DNA of 47,070 bases, taken from the NCBI GenBank assembly GCA_964007735.1, contig CAXGAI010000036.1:1-47070 (forward strand), given 5' to 3'. Position 1 is the first letter of the stretch; each line of letters begins with the position of its first letter. Below the pieces are notes generated by a model, which searched no databases, was not told the origin of the DNA, and saw nothing but the letters and a program-made list of their open reading frames with translations. Both the position numbers and the translations under genes were made by a program. Below are positions 11,318 through 20,568 of this stretch, piece by piece. Source of the stretch: an uncultured Rhodopirellula sp. Lineage in GTDB: Bacteria; Planctomycetota; Planctomycetia; Pirellulales; Pirellulaceae.

Positions 11318-11926
11318 ATGTTTACGGGCCTGGTCGAAGCAACCGGCAAAATCACCTCGCTAGAGTCTCAAGGCCCCGGAATGCGGATTGTCGTGGATGC
11401 TGGAGACCTGGCTGACGGAGTGCAGATTGGCGATAGCATTGCTAACAACGGTTGCTGCCTCACCGTCATTGAAGCGACTGGATCCTATTTGGCATTCGAA
11501 GCAGGCCCAGAAACACTTGCCAAAACAAGTCTGGGAAGCAAACAGGTCGGGGACTCCCTTAATCTCGAACGTTCCTTACAGGTCGGTGATCGACTCGGAG
11601 GACACCTGGTTACCGGGCATGTAGATGCCCGCGGCGTACTCGACGAAAGAACCGACGACGCGGAGTGGTCTACACTCTGGTTTAAAGTACCCAAAACACT
11701 AATTCCTCAAATGGCACCCAAAGGGTCAATCACCGTGGAAGGAGTTAGTTTGACACTGGTCGATGTCGAAGCTGATCGTTTCAGCGTAGCCCTAATCCCG
11801 CACACACTGGAGGTAACAACTTTGGGCGGCCTGCAACCAGGAGATACGGTTAATCTGGAAACCGATTTGCTGGCAAAGTATGTCGAACAGCAATTATCCG
11901 CCTGGTCACCTCGTTCTGAATCTTAA
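11318..11926 (+). CDS. ribE: Riboflavin synthase (alpha chain)
   Basis: Invariant N-terminal MFTGLVE after an AAGGA RBS. NGCCLTV, GGHLVTGHVD, GVSLT, VNLETD. Confidence 0.95.
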   Translation: MFTGLVEATGKITSLESQGPGMRIVVDAGDLADGVQIGDSIANNGCCLTVIEATGSYLAFEAGPETLAKTSLGSKQVGDSLNLERSLQVGDRLGGHLVTGHVDARGVLDERTDDAEWSTLWFKVPKTLIPQMAPKGSITVEGVSLTLVDVEADRFSVALIPHTLEVTTLGGLQPGDTVNLETDLLAKYVEQQLSAWSPRSES

Positions 11927-11939
11927 CATCAGGTCATTC

Positions 11940-12848
11940 ATGTTCAATCGTCAAACAACTACCTTTCTGAAGCAGCGTATGGAAGAAGCCGGAATCCGTC
12001 CGGTTTCCAAATTTGGTCAGAATTTCCTCATCGACCTTAATCTGGTAAACATGATTGCTGACTCAGCAAATATTACTAAACAGGATGTTGTCGTCGAAGT
12101 TGGTACCGGCACAGGAAGCCTTACCGGACTCATCGCCCAAAAAGCCCGACAAGTGATCACTGTTGAAATCGACCAGAATCTCTGGCAACTAGCCCAGGAA
12201 GAACTTGCGTCCTTCAGCAATATCACCTTCTTACAACAGGATGCTTTGCGGAACAAAAACAACCTCTCCCCCGTGTTACTAGACACCATCCGGAGCGAGA
12301 TGGCCAAGACTGAAGGAACGCGACTAAAACTTGTCGCCAATCTTCCCTATAACATCGCCACACCATTAATTACCAATTTACTCACACTCGACGACATCAC
12401 GCCAACTTCCATGACCGTCACGATTCAGAAAGAGTTGGCGGAGCGAATCATTGCCCGACCGGGTACCAAAGAATTCGGAGCATTAAGCTTATGGATTCAG
12501 GCGCAGTGCAATCCAGAAATCGTACGCATCATGAGTCCCAAAGTATTTTGGCCGCGACCCAAGGTGGAATCTGCCATTATTCACATCGAAACCGACTTCA
12601 ACAAACGAGGCCGCATACCGGACCTCCCTTACTATCATCGCTTTGTTCGCAATCTATTTATTCACCGTCGCAAGCTGCTACGAGGTGTGCTGGTCAGTAT
12701 TTTCAAGAACCAACTCACTAAACAACAGATTGACAATATTCTGGAAGGCATCAATCTGACTGGCAATGTGCGCGCTGAACAACTGGCTGTACCAGTTATC
12801 TTCGAACTCTGTGAACGCTTTCGTCAGACTCAGCAGTCGGAGAACTAG
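11940..12848 (+). CDS. rsmA: 16S rRNA m6(2)A1518/1519 dimethyltransferase KsgA
   Basis: GQNFLID, EVGTGTGSLT, VANLPYNIATP, FWPRPKVES. Confidence 0.95.
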   Translation: MFNRQTTTFLKQRMEEAGIRPVSKFGQNFLIDLNLVNMIADSANITKQDVVVEVGTGTGSLTGLIAQKARQVITVEIDQNLWQLAQEELASFSNITFLQQDALRNKNNLSPVLLDTIRSEMAKTEGTRLKLVANLPYNIATPLITNLLTLDDITPTSMTVTIQKELAERIIARPGTKEFGALSLWIQAQCNPEIVRIMSPKVFWPRPKVESAIIHIETDFNKRGRIPDLPYYHRFVRNLFIHRRKLLRGVLVSIFKNQLTKQQIDNILEGINLTGNVRAEQLAVPVIFELCERFRQTQQSEN

Positions 12849-12854
12849 GACACC

Positions 12855-13082
12855 ATGAAATTTGTAGAAATTACTGGAGAAACGCTGGCACAAATAGTCA
12901 ACGACGATGAAATTCATGCCGATGACCTCGTCACAGCCGGAGTCACCCCTAAATCAATCATTCGGATCAATGAACAGGGTGACGTGGAAGTACGTCGTCC
13001 CACGCAGTGGGAAATTGTAGGCGGCCTGCTAGGTAACTACCAAGAACGTATTCGCGGCATAACGGGCATGGATTGGGTTTAG
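12855..13082 (+). CDS. Small hypothetical protein (75 aa)
   Basis: AGGA RBS, ATG 6 nt after the rsmA stop, coding-like composition. Confidence 0.75.
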   Translation: MKFVEITGETLAQIVNDDEIHADDLVTAGVTPKSIIRINEQGDVEVRRPTQWEIVGGLLGNYQERIRGITGMDWV

Positions 13083-13128
13083 TTTTTAAGCCATAATTAT
13101 TGCTAATGGGATGAAGTTCATTTCATTT

Positions 13129-13225
13129 GGAAGTGGAAGCACATCTGGTGATGGCCACGGTCTTCAAAACCGCTGAGCTGGGCGTGAACCGTCCGGTTGG
13201 TGGGTTCGATTCCCATACACTTCCG
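13129..13225 (+). tRNA. selC: tRNA-Sec (anticodon UCA)
   Basis: Acceptor GGAAGTG/CACTTCC with G discriminator. D-arm GCACATC-TGGT-GATGGC. Anticodon loop CTTCAAA (TCA at 13164-13166). Long variable arm AGCTGGGCG/CGTCCGGTT. T-arm GTGGG-TTCGATT-CCCAT. selA and selB are in the same window. Confidence 0.93.
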
Positions 13226-13263
13226 CTTTTCACCTTAGGCTCTAAGAGACTAAACATCGGCAA

Positions 13264-13614
13264 TTGAAAGTCCTGAAATTGCAACCAGAACGAAAGAAAC
13301 TGACTGAATCCATCTGGTTCTGGATTTATCTATTTAGCACCGCCGGTCTGATCAGTCTGGTCATCTTACAAGGGAAATTTGACACGCGGCAGGATCTGGA
13401 AGAGATCAACTTCCGTGCTCGAATGCAAACTTACGAGGACAGCACGGCCACTTCTTTAGCTGTAAAAACACCATCCAATGAACAAATTGTTACGTTGACA
13501 CCACTCTATATTCTTTTTGGTCTGATTTTCGCCGTTTCCTGGATTGTCCTTTGGAAACAGCGAATCCTAAGTAAACCCTCCCAATCTCAGACCGAAAGGC
13601 CTTTCCAGGCTTAG
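13264..13614 (+). CDS. Hypothetical membrane protein (two TM helices)
   Basis: Two hydrophobic stretches (IWFWIYLFSTAGLISLVIL; LYILFGLIFAVSWIVLW). Ends in tandem TAG TAA TGA. Confidence 0.65.
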   Translation: MKVLKLQPERKKLTESIWFWIYLFSTAGLISLVILQGKFDTRQDLEEINFRARMQTYEDSTATSLAVKTPSNEQIVTLTPLYILFGLIFAVSWIVLWKQRILSKPSQSQTERPFQA

Positions 13615-13644
13615 TAATGACCCGCCTCTAACCAAGGAACGCTA

Positions 13645-14226
13645 GTCATCGAAATCTTTTATGAATCACCGTTTTATGCTCTTGCATTTGGAATCCCAGC
13701 CTGCGTAATTCTAATTGCCATTTGGTTCCAAACCGAAATCCACAAACTACTGATTGTGGCCGGAGTTGTGGCAGCAGCCACGACTGGATTAGTGTTTTTA
13801 GAAAGTGCTGTAAAAACCCCACGTGAACGCATTTACGAGACGATCTTTGCCATTAGTGCGGCCGTAGAGAAAGAAGATTTTGAAACGGCCCTTGGTTACG
13901 TATCTCCTAAATCAGAAATCGTCCGTGGCCAGGCACTTAACGAACTTAACAAATACGAGATTTCATCAATCTCTGTAAAGAACAACCTGATCGTCCTTTT
14001 TGATAAAACAGCTCAACCACCAACCGCTCAAACAGGATTTAATGTTGTCGTGAAAGGCTCGGCTGCCCATATGGGAATTACTAACCAGACAGTGCCTCGA
14101 TACTTAGAAGTGACTTTTGAATATCATGAAGGCAACGACGCCTGGTATGTGACATCCTATGGACACGCCGATTTCCGAGAAGGAATCAAAATCAGAAACC
14201 GCTTGCGAGAACAGGGGGCAGAGTAA
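13645..14226 (+). CDS. Hypothetical membrane-anchored protein with a possible NTF2-like C-terminal domain; start uncertain
   Basis: Frame open from 13621 and encodes a first TM helix upstream of the GTG at 13756. AAGGA at 13634-13638 precedes GTC/ATC at 13645/13648. Confidence 0.6.
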   Translation, partial: VIEIFYESPFYALAFGIPACVILIAIWFQTEIHKLLIVAGVVAAATTGLVFLESAVKTPRERIYETIFAISAAVEKEDFETALGYVSPKSEIVRGQALNELNKYEISSISVKNNLIVLFDKTAQPPTAQTGFNVVVKGSAAHMGITNQTVPRYLEVTFEYHEGNDAWYVTSYGHADFREGIKIRNRLREQGAE

Positions 14227-14284
14227 GGCTTCAATAATCTCGACAGGTGAATCTGCCCAAAGCACATGAAAGCAATATTGTGTT

Positions 14285-15061
14285 CTATTCTGATTGCAGC
14301 TTTCTAAGCATCCTATGATTTGTCAGGTCAAAACTCATCGGGGTAACGGTTATAGCACCCCCAGCAATCGAGTCGACATCCGTATCAGCTCCCGGTAATT
14401 CAACAAAAGGTTGGTCCGTTGACCAGTAATAATCTCCTTGTTTTGGATTCTGACCAACCGTATACGGATCATCATGTCGAGTCAGTTTCATGGGCACGAC
14501 CTTCCAGTACACCTCATCACTCCCATCGCACGGTATCACAGCACTGGTCGGAATATTTACATTTAAAAGCGTCTTGCCAGATTCTTGGCCCCGTAATTCC
14601 GTCAGCAAGCCTAAGATTCGGCCCGTACTCAACAACGAAGCCCGGTGAAAATCCATATCCTGCGCATATTCAAGCGATAAAGCGGCTGCTGGAATATCAA
14701 AGAATGTCGCTTCGCGAGCCGCTGCCACTGTCCCTGAATAGATCGCATTGATCCCCGTATTGAGACCTTCGTTAATACCACTGATCACGACATCAGGTCT
14801 CCGATCTAGCAGGCTCATAACCCCCAGCTTAACGCAATCAGCCGGTGTACCATTGACAATCCAAACTTGTTTTTCCCGAACCGTCGTACGTGTAGGAGTT
14901 AGCGGTGTCAAATAGGTAATACTATGACTCACTCCGGATTGCTGAATGGCGGGAGCAATAATATCCAGACGACTCACTCTGGTATCTCTCTGAAGTTCTT
15001 CAGAGACTGCCCACAGTCCTTCGGCGTGAATCCCATCATCATTGGTTAGTAATACATGCAT
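14285..15061 (-). CDS. surE: 5'/3'-nucleotidase SurE
   Basis: MHVLLTNDDG, QSGVSHSIT, GTPADCV, SGINEGLN, YSGTVAAA. Confidence 0.95.
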   Translation of the reverse strand: MHVLLTNDDGIHAEGLWAVSEELQRDTRVSRLDIIAPAIQQSGVSHSITYLTPLTPTRTTVREKQVWIVNGTPADCVKLGVMSLLDRRPDVVISGINEGLNTGINAIYSGTVAAAREATFFDIPAAALSLEYAQDMDFHRASLLSTGRILGLLTELRGQESGKTLLNVNIPTSAVIPCDGSDEVYWKVVPMKLTRHDDPYTVGQNPKQGDYYWSTDQPFVELPGADTDVDSIAGGAITVTPMSFDLTNHRMLRKLQSE

Positions 15062-15239
15062 CTTCTGGTCGGCAATCATGTCAAAAGCAAGAAGTCTCTC
15101 GTACCTCCTATTAAACTCCATTGAGGGAAAAACTGGCAACCGGTCCAAAAACGAATCCTCTCGCGGCTGTTGATTTTATCTGAAAGGTCATATAATCGAG
15201 TTTTGAGTTTAATCCGCACACGAGGAAGACAGTACGGTT

Positions 15240-16790
15240 ATGACCAGCATTTCAAGAGAACGCGTCCTTGTTCTTGATTTCGGCTCTCAATATGCCCAAC
15301 TTATAGCGCGACGAGTCCGCGAACAAAACGTTTACTGTGAAATCGTACGACACGACATTTCTGTCGAACGAATCAAAGAACACAATCCACAAGGTCTGAT
15401 CCTTTCGGGTAGTCCCTCCAGCGTCTACGAAGAAAGTTCACCGCGATGTGATCCCGAGCTTTTCAGGATGGGGCTCCCCGTCTTGGGAATCTGCTATGGA
15501 ATGCAGTTGGCCACCGAGGCTTTTGGCGGCAAAGTGCAAAGCACTTCCACTCGGGAATACGGACGGGCAATGCTTATAGCCGATACAAGCAGCAGCCTCT
15601 TTGAAAACACCTCCGCCGAGCAACAAGTCTGGATGAGTCATGGAGATCAGGTTTCAAATATCTCCGAGGACTTTACTGCGTTGGCACACACCGACACGTG
15701 TCCCTTTGCTGCTGTGAAACACAATTCACTACCAGTTTATGGAATCCAATTCCACCCGGAAGTAACCCATTCACCAGAAGGTGGAAAGCTACTAAAAAAC
15801 TTTCTCCTGAACATTTGCGGTTTTGCCGGAACCTGGAAGCTGGGTGATTTTGCCGATGAAACCATCGCCAAGATCCGTGATCAAGTGGGAGATAAACGAG
15901 TCATCTGTGGTTTATCCGGTGGCGTCGACAGTTCCGTGGTGGCCGCTCTGTTGTACAAAGCGATCGGAGATCAACTAGCCTGCATCCTCGTCGACAACGG
16001 ACTACTACGAAAGAATGAACAGAGCGCAGTCATTGAAGCATTCACTAATCACTTCCAAGCCGACCTGCGCGTCGTGCAGGGAGAAGAACGGTTCCTTAAT
16101 CAACTGGCCGGAATCTCTGAGCCTCAGGAGAAACGCAAACGGATTGGTTATGAATTCATCGAGTGTTTCAAAGAAGAAGCTAAATCCATTGAGAATGCTC
16201 ATTTTCTGGCACAGGGAACACTCTATCCCGACGTGATTGAAAGTGGCGCGGCACCCGATGGCCCGGCGGCAACGATTAAACTCCACCACAACGTTGGTGG
16301 CCTTCCGGAAGAACTTGGTTTTGAGTTGATCGAGCCGCTGCGAGATCTTTTTAAGGATGAAGTTCGGCAACTGGGTATCGAACTTGGATTACCCGAGCAC
16401 TTAGTTTGGCGACATCCATTCCCAGGCCCCGGACTCGCGGTTCGTTGCTTAGGTGAAATCACAAAAGATCGCCTCGACATCCTCCGGGAAGCCGATGCGA
16501 TTGCGATTGAAGAAATACAAAACGCCGGATTATATCGGGAAACGTCACAGGCGTTTGCGGTACTATTGCCGGTACAGAGTGTTGGTGTGATGGGCGACGC
16601 TCGCACCTATGAAGATGCGATCGCTATTCGTTGTGTCAACACGGATGATTTCATGACCGCGGATTGGTCACGCCTTCCTTATGACCTATTAGCCACCATT
16701 TCGACGCGAGTGATTAACGAAGTCAAAGGAGTTAATCGCGTCTGCTACGACATTAGCAGTAAGCCGCCGGCAACGATTGAGTGGGAATAA
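15240..16790 (+). CDS. guaA: GMP synthase (glutamine-hydrolysing)
   Basis: [44 protein letters not shown]. Confidence 0.98.
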   Translation: MTSISRERVLVLDFGSQYAQLIARRVREQNVYCEIVRHDISVERIKEHNPQGLILSGSPSSVYEESSPRCDPELFRMGLPVLGICYGMQLATEAFGGKVQSTSTREYGRAMLIADTSSSLFENTSAEQQVWMSHGDQVSNISEDFTALAHTDTCPFAAVKHNSLPVYGIQFHPEVTHSPEGGKLLKNFLLNICGFAGTWKLGDFADETIAKIRDQVGDKRVICGLSGGVDSSVVAALLYKAIGDQLACILVDNGLLRKNEQSAVIEAFTNHFQADLRVVQGEERFLNQLAGISEPQEKRKRIGYEFIECFKEEAKSIENAHFLAQGTLYPDVIESGAAPDGPAATIKLHHNVGGLPEELGFELIEPLRDLFKDEVRQLGIELGLPEHLVWRHPFPGPGLAVRCLGEITKDRLDILREADAIAIEEIQNAGLYRETSQAFAVLLPVQSVGVMGDARTYEDAIAIRCVNTDDFMTADWSRLPYDLLATISTRVINEVKGVNRVCYDISSKPPATIEWE

Positions 16791-16830
16791 AAAACAGGCC
16801 TGACTACTGAAAGGTAGGCAGACCTGTTTT
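16791..16830 (+). terminator. Probable guaA terminator
   Basis: AAAACAGG...CCTGTTTT imperfect hairpin immediately after the stop codon. Confidence 0.7.
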
Positions 16831-17091
16831 AATGAACTCCTGAGTTTGTACCGATTAACATTCGAGTGGGAAGGGGACCTCGCGTTTAATCGGTCTCAAG
16901 AGCGGCAAGTACTAGTTAGTATCGATCCGCAGCGAGTCGATGCTATGTTTGAGTATGTTACGATTCAACCATTTTTGCCTTACAATCCATTCGCCAACTC
17001 TGACAATCCAATAAACACAACGAACTAATACAACCCGAACAATTGTCACCGACCTTGTAACCGGTTCTTCAATAAGCTATTCGCCACTGTT

Positions 17092-18762
17092 ATGAGCAAA
17101 CAATACATCTACACCATCACTGATCTCACCAAGAAACACGGCCCGCGTGAGGTTCTCAAAGAGATTCATCTGGCCTTTTATCCAGGAGCAAAAATTGGCG
17201 TTCTTGGTCGTAACGGCACTGGGAAAAGTACATTATTGCGAATCATGGCTGGGCAGGATGAGGAATTTGATGGGGAAGCCCGTCTCACTGATGGATTCAC
17301 CTGTGGGTATCTCTCTCAGGAACCCCAGCTGAATCCTGAAAAAGATGTTTGGGGAAATGTAGAAGAAGCGGTTGCTCCTCGACGTGCCATGCTGGATCGC
17401 TACAATCAGATCAGCGTGGAATTAGCGGAGCCAATGGACGACGAGCAAATGATGAAACTCTGCGATGAGATGGCTCGTCTGCAGGATGAAATCGAAACCT
17501 CCAACACATGGAATCTGGATCGGGAAATTGAAGTTGCCTTTGATGTCATGAACCTTCCGCCTCGAGACGCCGATGTCACCAGACTATCTGGTGGGGAACG
17601 ACGTCGCGTCGCTTTATGCAAACTACTGCTGGAACGTCCAGACCTGTTACTTCTGGACGAACCGACTAACCACCTCGATGCAGACTCCGTGGCGTGGCTG
17701 GAACGACATCTGGCTGAATACCCGGGTACTATTGTTGCCGTCACTCACGACCGGTATTTCTTGGACAATGTCGCTCAATGGATCCTAGAACTGGACCGTG
17801 GGAAAGGCTACCCGTTTGAAGGCAACTACACGGCGTGGCTTGAACAGAAACAAGCTCGACTGAAAGTCGAAGAAAAACAGTCCGTGGCAAGACAAAAAAC
17901 GATCGCCCGCGAACTGGAGTGGGTTCGTTCATCACCAAAAGCACGCCAAAGTAAAAGCAAGGCTCGTTTGGCGGCCTACGACCGCATGGTTTCTGAACAA
18001 TTCGAAGAACAAATCACGGAATTTGAAATCCAGATTCCGCCCGGAGCACACCTCGGTGACTTAGTTATTGAAGCCAAAAATATTTCAAAAGGCTTTGGGG
18101 ATAAACTCCTCATGGACAATCTTTCTTTTTCGCTGCCTGCCGGAGGTATCGTGGGAGTGATTGGTCCTAATGGAGCTGGAAAAACAACACTGTTCCGCAT
18201 GCTCACAGGACAGGACTCCCCAGACTCCGGCGAGTTACAAGTCGGACAAACCGTTGAAATGGGCTACGTCGATCAAAATCGCGATGACTTGGATGCCAAT
18301 GCGACGGTTTACGAAGAGATTTCAGGAGGCTATGAACATCTCGACATGGGTGGCCGTCGCATTAATTCCCGCGGATATGTTTCACGGTTCAACTTTAAGG
18401 GCCCCGACCAGGAAAAAAAAGTCGGCACCCTATCCGGCGGTGAAAGAAATCGTGTACATCTGGCTAAATTGCTAAGGCAGGGATCCAACCTGTTACTACT
18501 AGACGAGCCGACGAATGACCTGGACGTCGACACTCTGCGAGCTTTAGAAGAAGCCATTCAAAACTATGCCGGGTGTGTTGTCGTGACCAGTCACGACCGC
18601 TGGTTTCTTGATCGTCTGGCTACTCATATTTTGGCCTTCGAAGGTGATGGTTATGCCCACTGGTGCGAAGGAAATTATGAGACCTACGAACGTCAACGAC
18701 GGGAAAGATTGGGGATCAATCCGGACGAACCACGACGATTCAAATACAAGAAACTGATTTAA
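17092..18762 (+). CDS. ettA: ABC-F translational throttle EttA
   Basis: Two ABC domains ([34 protein letters not shown]), [11 protein letters not shown] and the [20 protein letters not shown] linker. Confidence 0.95.
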   Translation: MSKQYIYTITDLTKKHGPREVLKEIHLAFYPGAKIGVLGRNGTGKSTLLRIMAGQDEEFDGEARLTDGFTCGYLSQEPQLNPEKDVWGNVEEAVAPRRAMLDRYNQISVELAEPMDDEQMMKLCDEMARLQDEIETSNTWNLDREIEVAFDVMNLPPRDADVTRLSGGERRRVALCKLLLERPDLLLLDEPTNHLDADSVAWLERHLAEYPGTIVAVTHDRYFLDNVAQWILELDRGKGYPFEGNYTAWLEQKQARLKVEEKQSVARQKTIARELEWVRSSPKARQSKSKARLAAYDRMVSEQFEEQITEFEIQIPPGAHLGDLVIEAKNISKGFGDKLLMDNLSFSLPAGGIVGVIGPNGAGKTTLFRMLTGQDSPDSGELQVGQTVEMGYVDQNRDDLDANATVYEEISGGYEHLDMGGRRINSRGYVSRFNFKGPDQEKKVGTLSGGERNRVHLAKLLRQGSNLLLLDEPTNDLDVDTLRALEEAIQNYAGCVVVTSHDRWFLDRLATHILAFEGDGYAHWCEGNYETYERQRRERLGINPDEPRRFKYKKLI

Positions 18763-18892
18763 TCCGGACAGTGCCCAGACCAGAGAAAACTGACATGCTG
18801 AGGCTTCTGTGCCTTGACGACAGCCATTGTTCATACAATATTCATTTATAGATATTTAAATCATCAAACTAAAATTATAAGGAAACGACGCC

Positions 18893-19030
18893 GTGACAAT
18901 TCTGCGAGTTGGCTCGACACCGAAATACGCATCTAACTTCAACAAAGCTTTTGGTGGCAAGAAGAAGACTTCCACAAAAGCTAGCGCGAAAAAGAGAACC
19001 ACTAAAAAAAGAACTTCCGGAAAGAAGTAG
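18893..19030 (+). CDS. Small Lys-rich basic protein (45 aa), below the ORF-track cutoff
   Basis: AAGGA RBS then GTG. MTILRVGSTPKYASNFNKAFGGKKKTSTKASAKKRTTKKRTSGKK*: 12 K + 3 R, no acidic residues. Confidence 0.75.
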   Translation: MTILRVGSTPKYASNFNKAFGGKKKTSTKASAKKRTTKKRTSGKK

Positions 19031-19074
19031 AACTTTTTAGTTTAGATCATTAAGAACGTATTATAAAAATCCAC

Positions 19075-19333
19075 CTTCGTTGCTGCAGTAGATATAGCTA
19101 CGAGACGCAAGCAGTCAGACGGGCATCAAATTACTGTTTCAGTACAAGCGCCGAGTCAGTGCGTTCGAAAACCAGCCCAGTTGAGGAGACTGTTTTGAAC
19201 TAACTCTAGGGGACGAATTCGCGTTATCGAATTAGAGACGGGGCTCTTTCAATAGGATGACGAAGTGATCAATCAGGTTTGAAAGCGAATCCAGGGATAA
19301 CAACATTCTTCGCGAACAGCAGCGTTTACGAAG
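19075..19333 (+). ncRNA. Candidate structured non-coding RNA of unknown class
   Basis: No long ORF. Ends pair, several nested helices with G-U wobbles on the + strand, a -10-like TATTATAAAA just upstream and a terminator just downstream. Confidence 0.5.
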
Positions 19334-19345
19334 CCTAACTAATAC

Positions 19346-19383
19346 AAAATGGCTTGTAGATCTTCAGATCCGCAAGCCATTTT
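19346..19383. terminator. Bidirectional intrinsic terminator
   Basis: AAAATGGCTTG...CAAGCCATTTT, with A/T tracts on both sides. Confidence 0.85.
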
Positions 19384-19415
19384 CTCTCGATCAATAGATT
19401 GCGTGAACCACCCGT

Positions 19416-19982
19416 TTAATTTGCCCGTCCAAGAAATTCATTGGTACGCGTATCCACTTTCACAATCTCTCCTTCTTTCAAGTACTCTGGTACCTGAATC
19501 TGCACACCTGACGCAAGGGTTGCAGGTTTGGTGCGACCTGTAGCCGAATTCCCTTTGACACCTGGATCGGTCTGTGTGATCTCCATTTCGACTGTCTGTG
19601 GAATCTGGATTCCGACACACTGGTCATTATAGATTAGTCCCAGAATTCCCTCCGAGCCTTCGGTAACATACTGCATTTCATGAGCAATATCTTCAGCGGC
19701 AATGGAATACTGATTGTAGTCCGATGAATCCAAAAAATGGATTTCCGTGCCGTCTGAATACATCAGGGTCACAGAGCGACGTTCAAAATCAGCTTCTTCC
19801 AACGATTCGCCACCCTTCAGTGTGATATCAACTTTTTGCTTGGTAACCAGATTCCGACCACGGAATTTATAAAGCGTCGCTGCCCCCCGCGCCGACGGAC
19901 TCTGCACACTGATGCTCTCAATAATGGTCGGTGCATCGTTATAGTTCAGTACAGATCCATTCTTTATTTCTTTAGCCTGCAT
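19416..19982 (-). CDS. efpL: Elongation factor P-like protein EfpL (YeiP)
   Basis: EF-P fold (TDPGVKGNSAT, KPATL, VKVDTR). The loop reads SPSARGAATLYK, the Arg-tipped EfpL/YeiP signature, rather than PGKG. Confidence 0.85.
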   Translation of the reverse strand: MQAKEIKNGSVLNYNDAPTIIESISVQSPSARGAATLYKFRGRNLVTKQKVDITLKGGESLEEADFERRSVTLMYSDGTEIHFLDSSDYNQYSIAAEDIAHEMQYVTEGSEGILGLIYNDQCVGIQIPQTVEMEITQTDPGVKGNSATGRTKPATLASGVQIQVPEYLKEGEIVKVDTRTNEFLGRAN

Positions 19983-20045
19983 ACAAGTGATTCCTAACAA
20001 GTTGAGAAAATTAATTAGTTTGAGGATCACGGTAAAGAGGCCGCT

Positions 20046-20531
20046 CTAAACGAAAGTACCCGAGCCGGGATCGACAGCAATTCCGTCCAGCAACTGAGCC
20101 AATGCCTCAGCCACTCCCAGCAATGCCCCAGGATCCAAGAACTCCTCATCGTCATCCTCCACCACCGAAGCCGTCAATTGTTCAAAGTGGAGGATGTCCA
20201 ACCGTGCCGAACAGGATGGCAGCTTTGCTAACAGGGTTTCCTGGCCGGGCAGTAGGTCTTCCGGAGAGATTTCACTTTGAAGCTCCTTAAGTTGCTCTTG
20301 AGCTTCTTCGCCGTCGACATAAACGATATCGAGTCCAACACAATCGATTTGATTGGTAACTGTCAACGACTCAATCAGACCATTCTCAGATTCGCTCGTT
20401 TGCTCCGAGTCGAACTTTCCGACACGAGCTAGTGCTTCCTCTACCTCTGCGACCGTCGGCCTTTTGGAGTCCTCAAACAAAACCATAAACGTCTCACGCC
20501 AACGAAAGAGTGGATCACCAAATAATGACAT
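20046..20531 (-). CDS. Acidic hypothetical protein
   Basis: 161 aa, AAGGA RBS, co-oriented between proC and efpL. Confidence 0.75.
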   Translation of the reverse strand: MSLFGDPLFRWRETFMVLFEDSKRPTVAEVEEALARVGKFDSEQTSESENGLIESLTVTNQIDCVGLDIVYVDGEEAQEQLKELQSEISPEDLLPGQETLLAKLPSCSARLDILHFEQLTASVVEDDDEEFLDPGALLGVAEALAQLLDGIAVDPGSGTFV

Positions 20532-20568
20532 ACTGTTTCCCTTTATAGATAGCCATGTTGAGAATTTC

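Noticed and set aside
16846..17028. 60-aa TTG ORF
   Set aside because: No clear RBS and no recognisable motif. It overlaps hairpin structures that explain the region better.
19088..19125. AGATATAG and AGAC elements reminiscent of group I intron S/R sequences
   Set aside because: Wrong order, no P7 pairing and no interrupted host gene.
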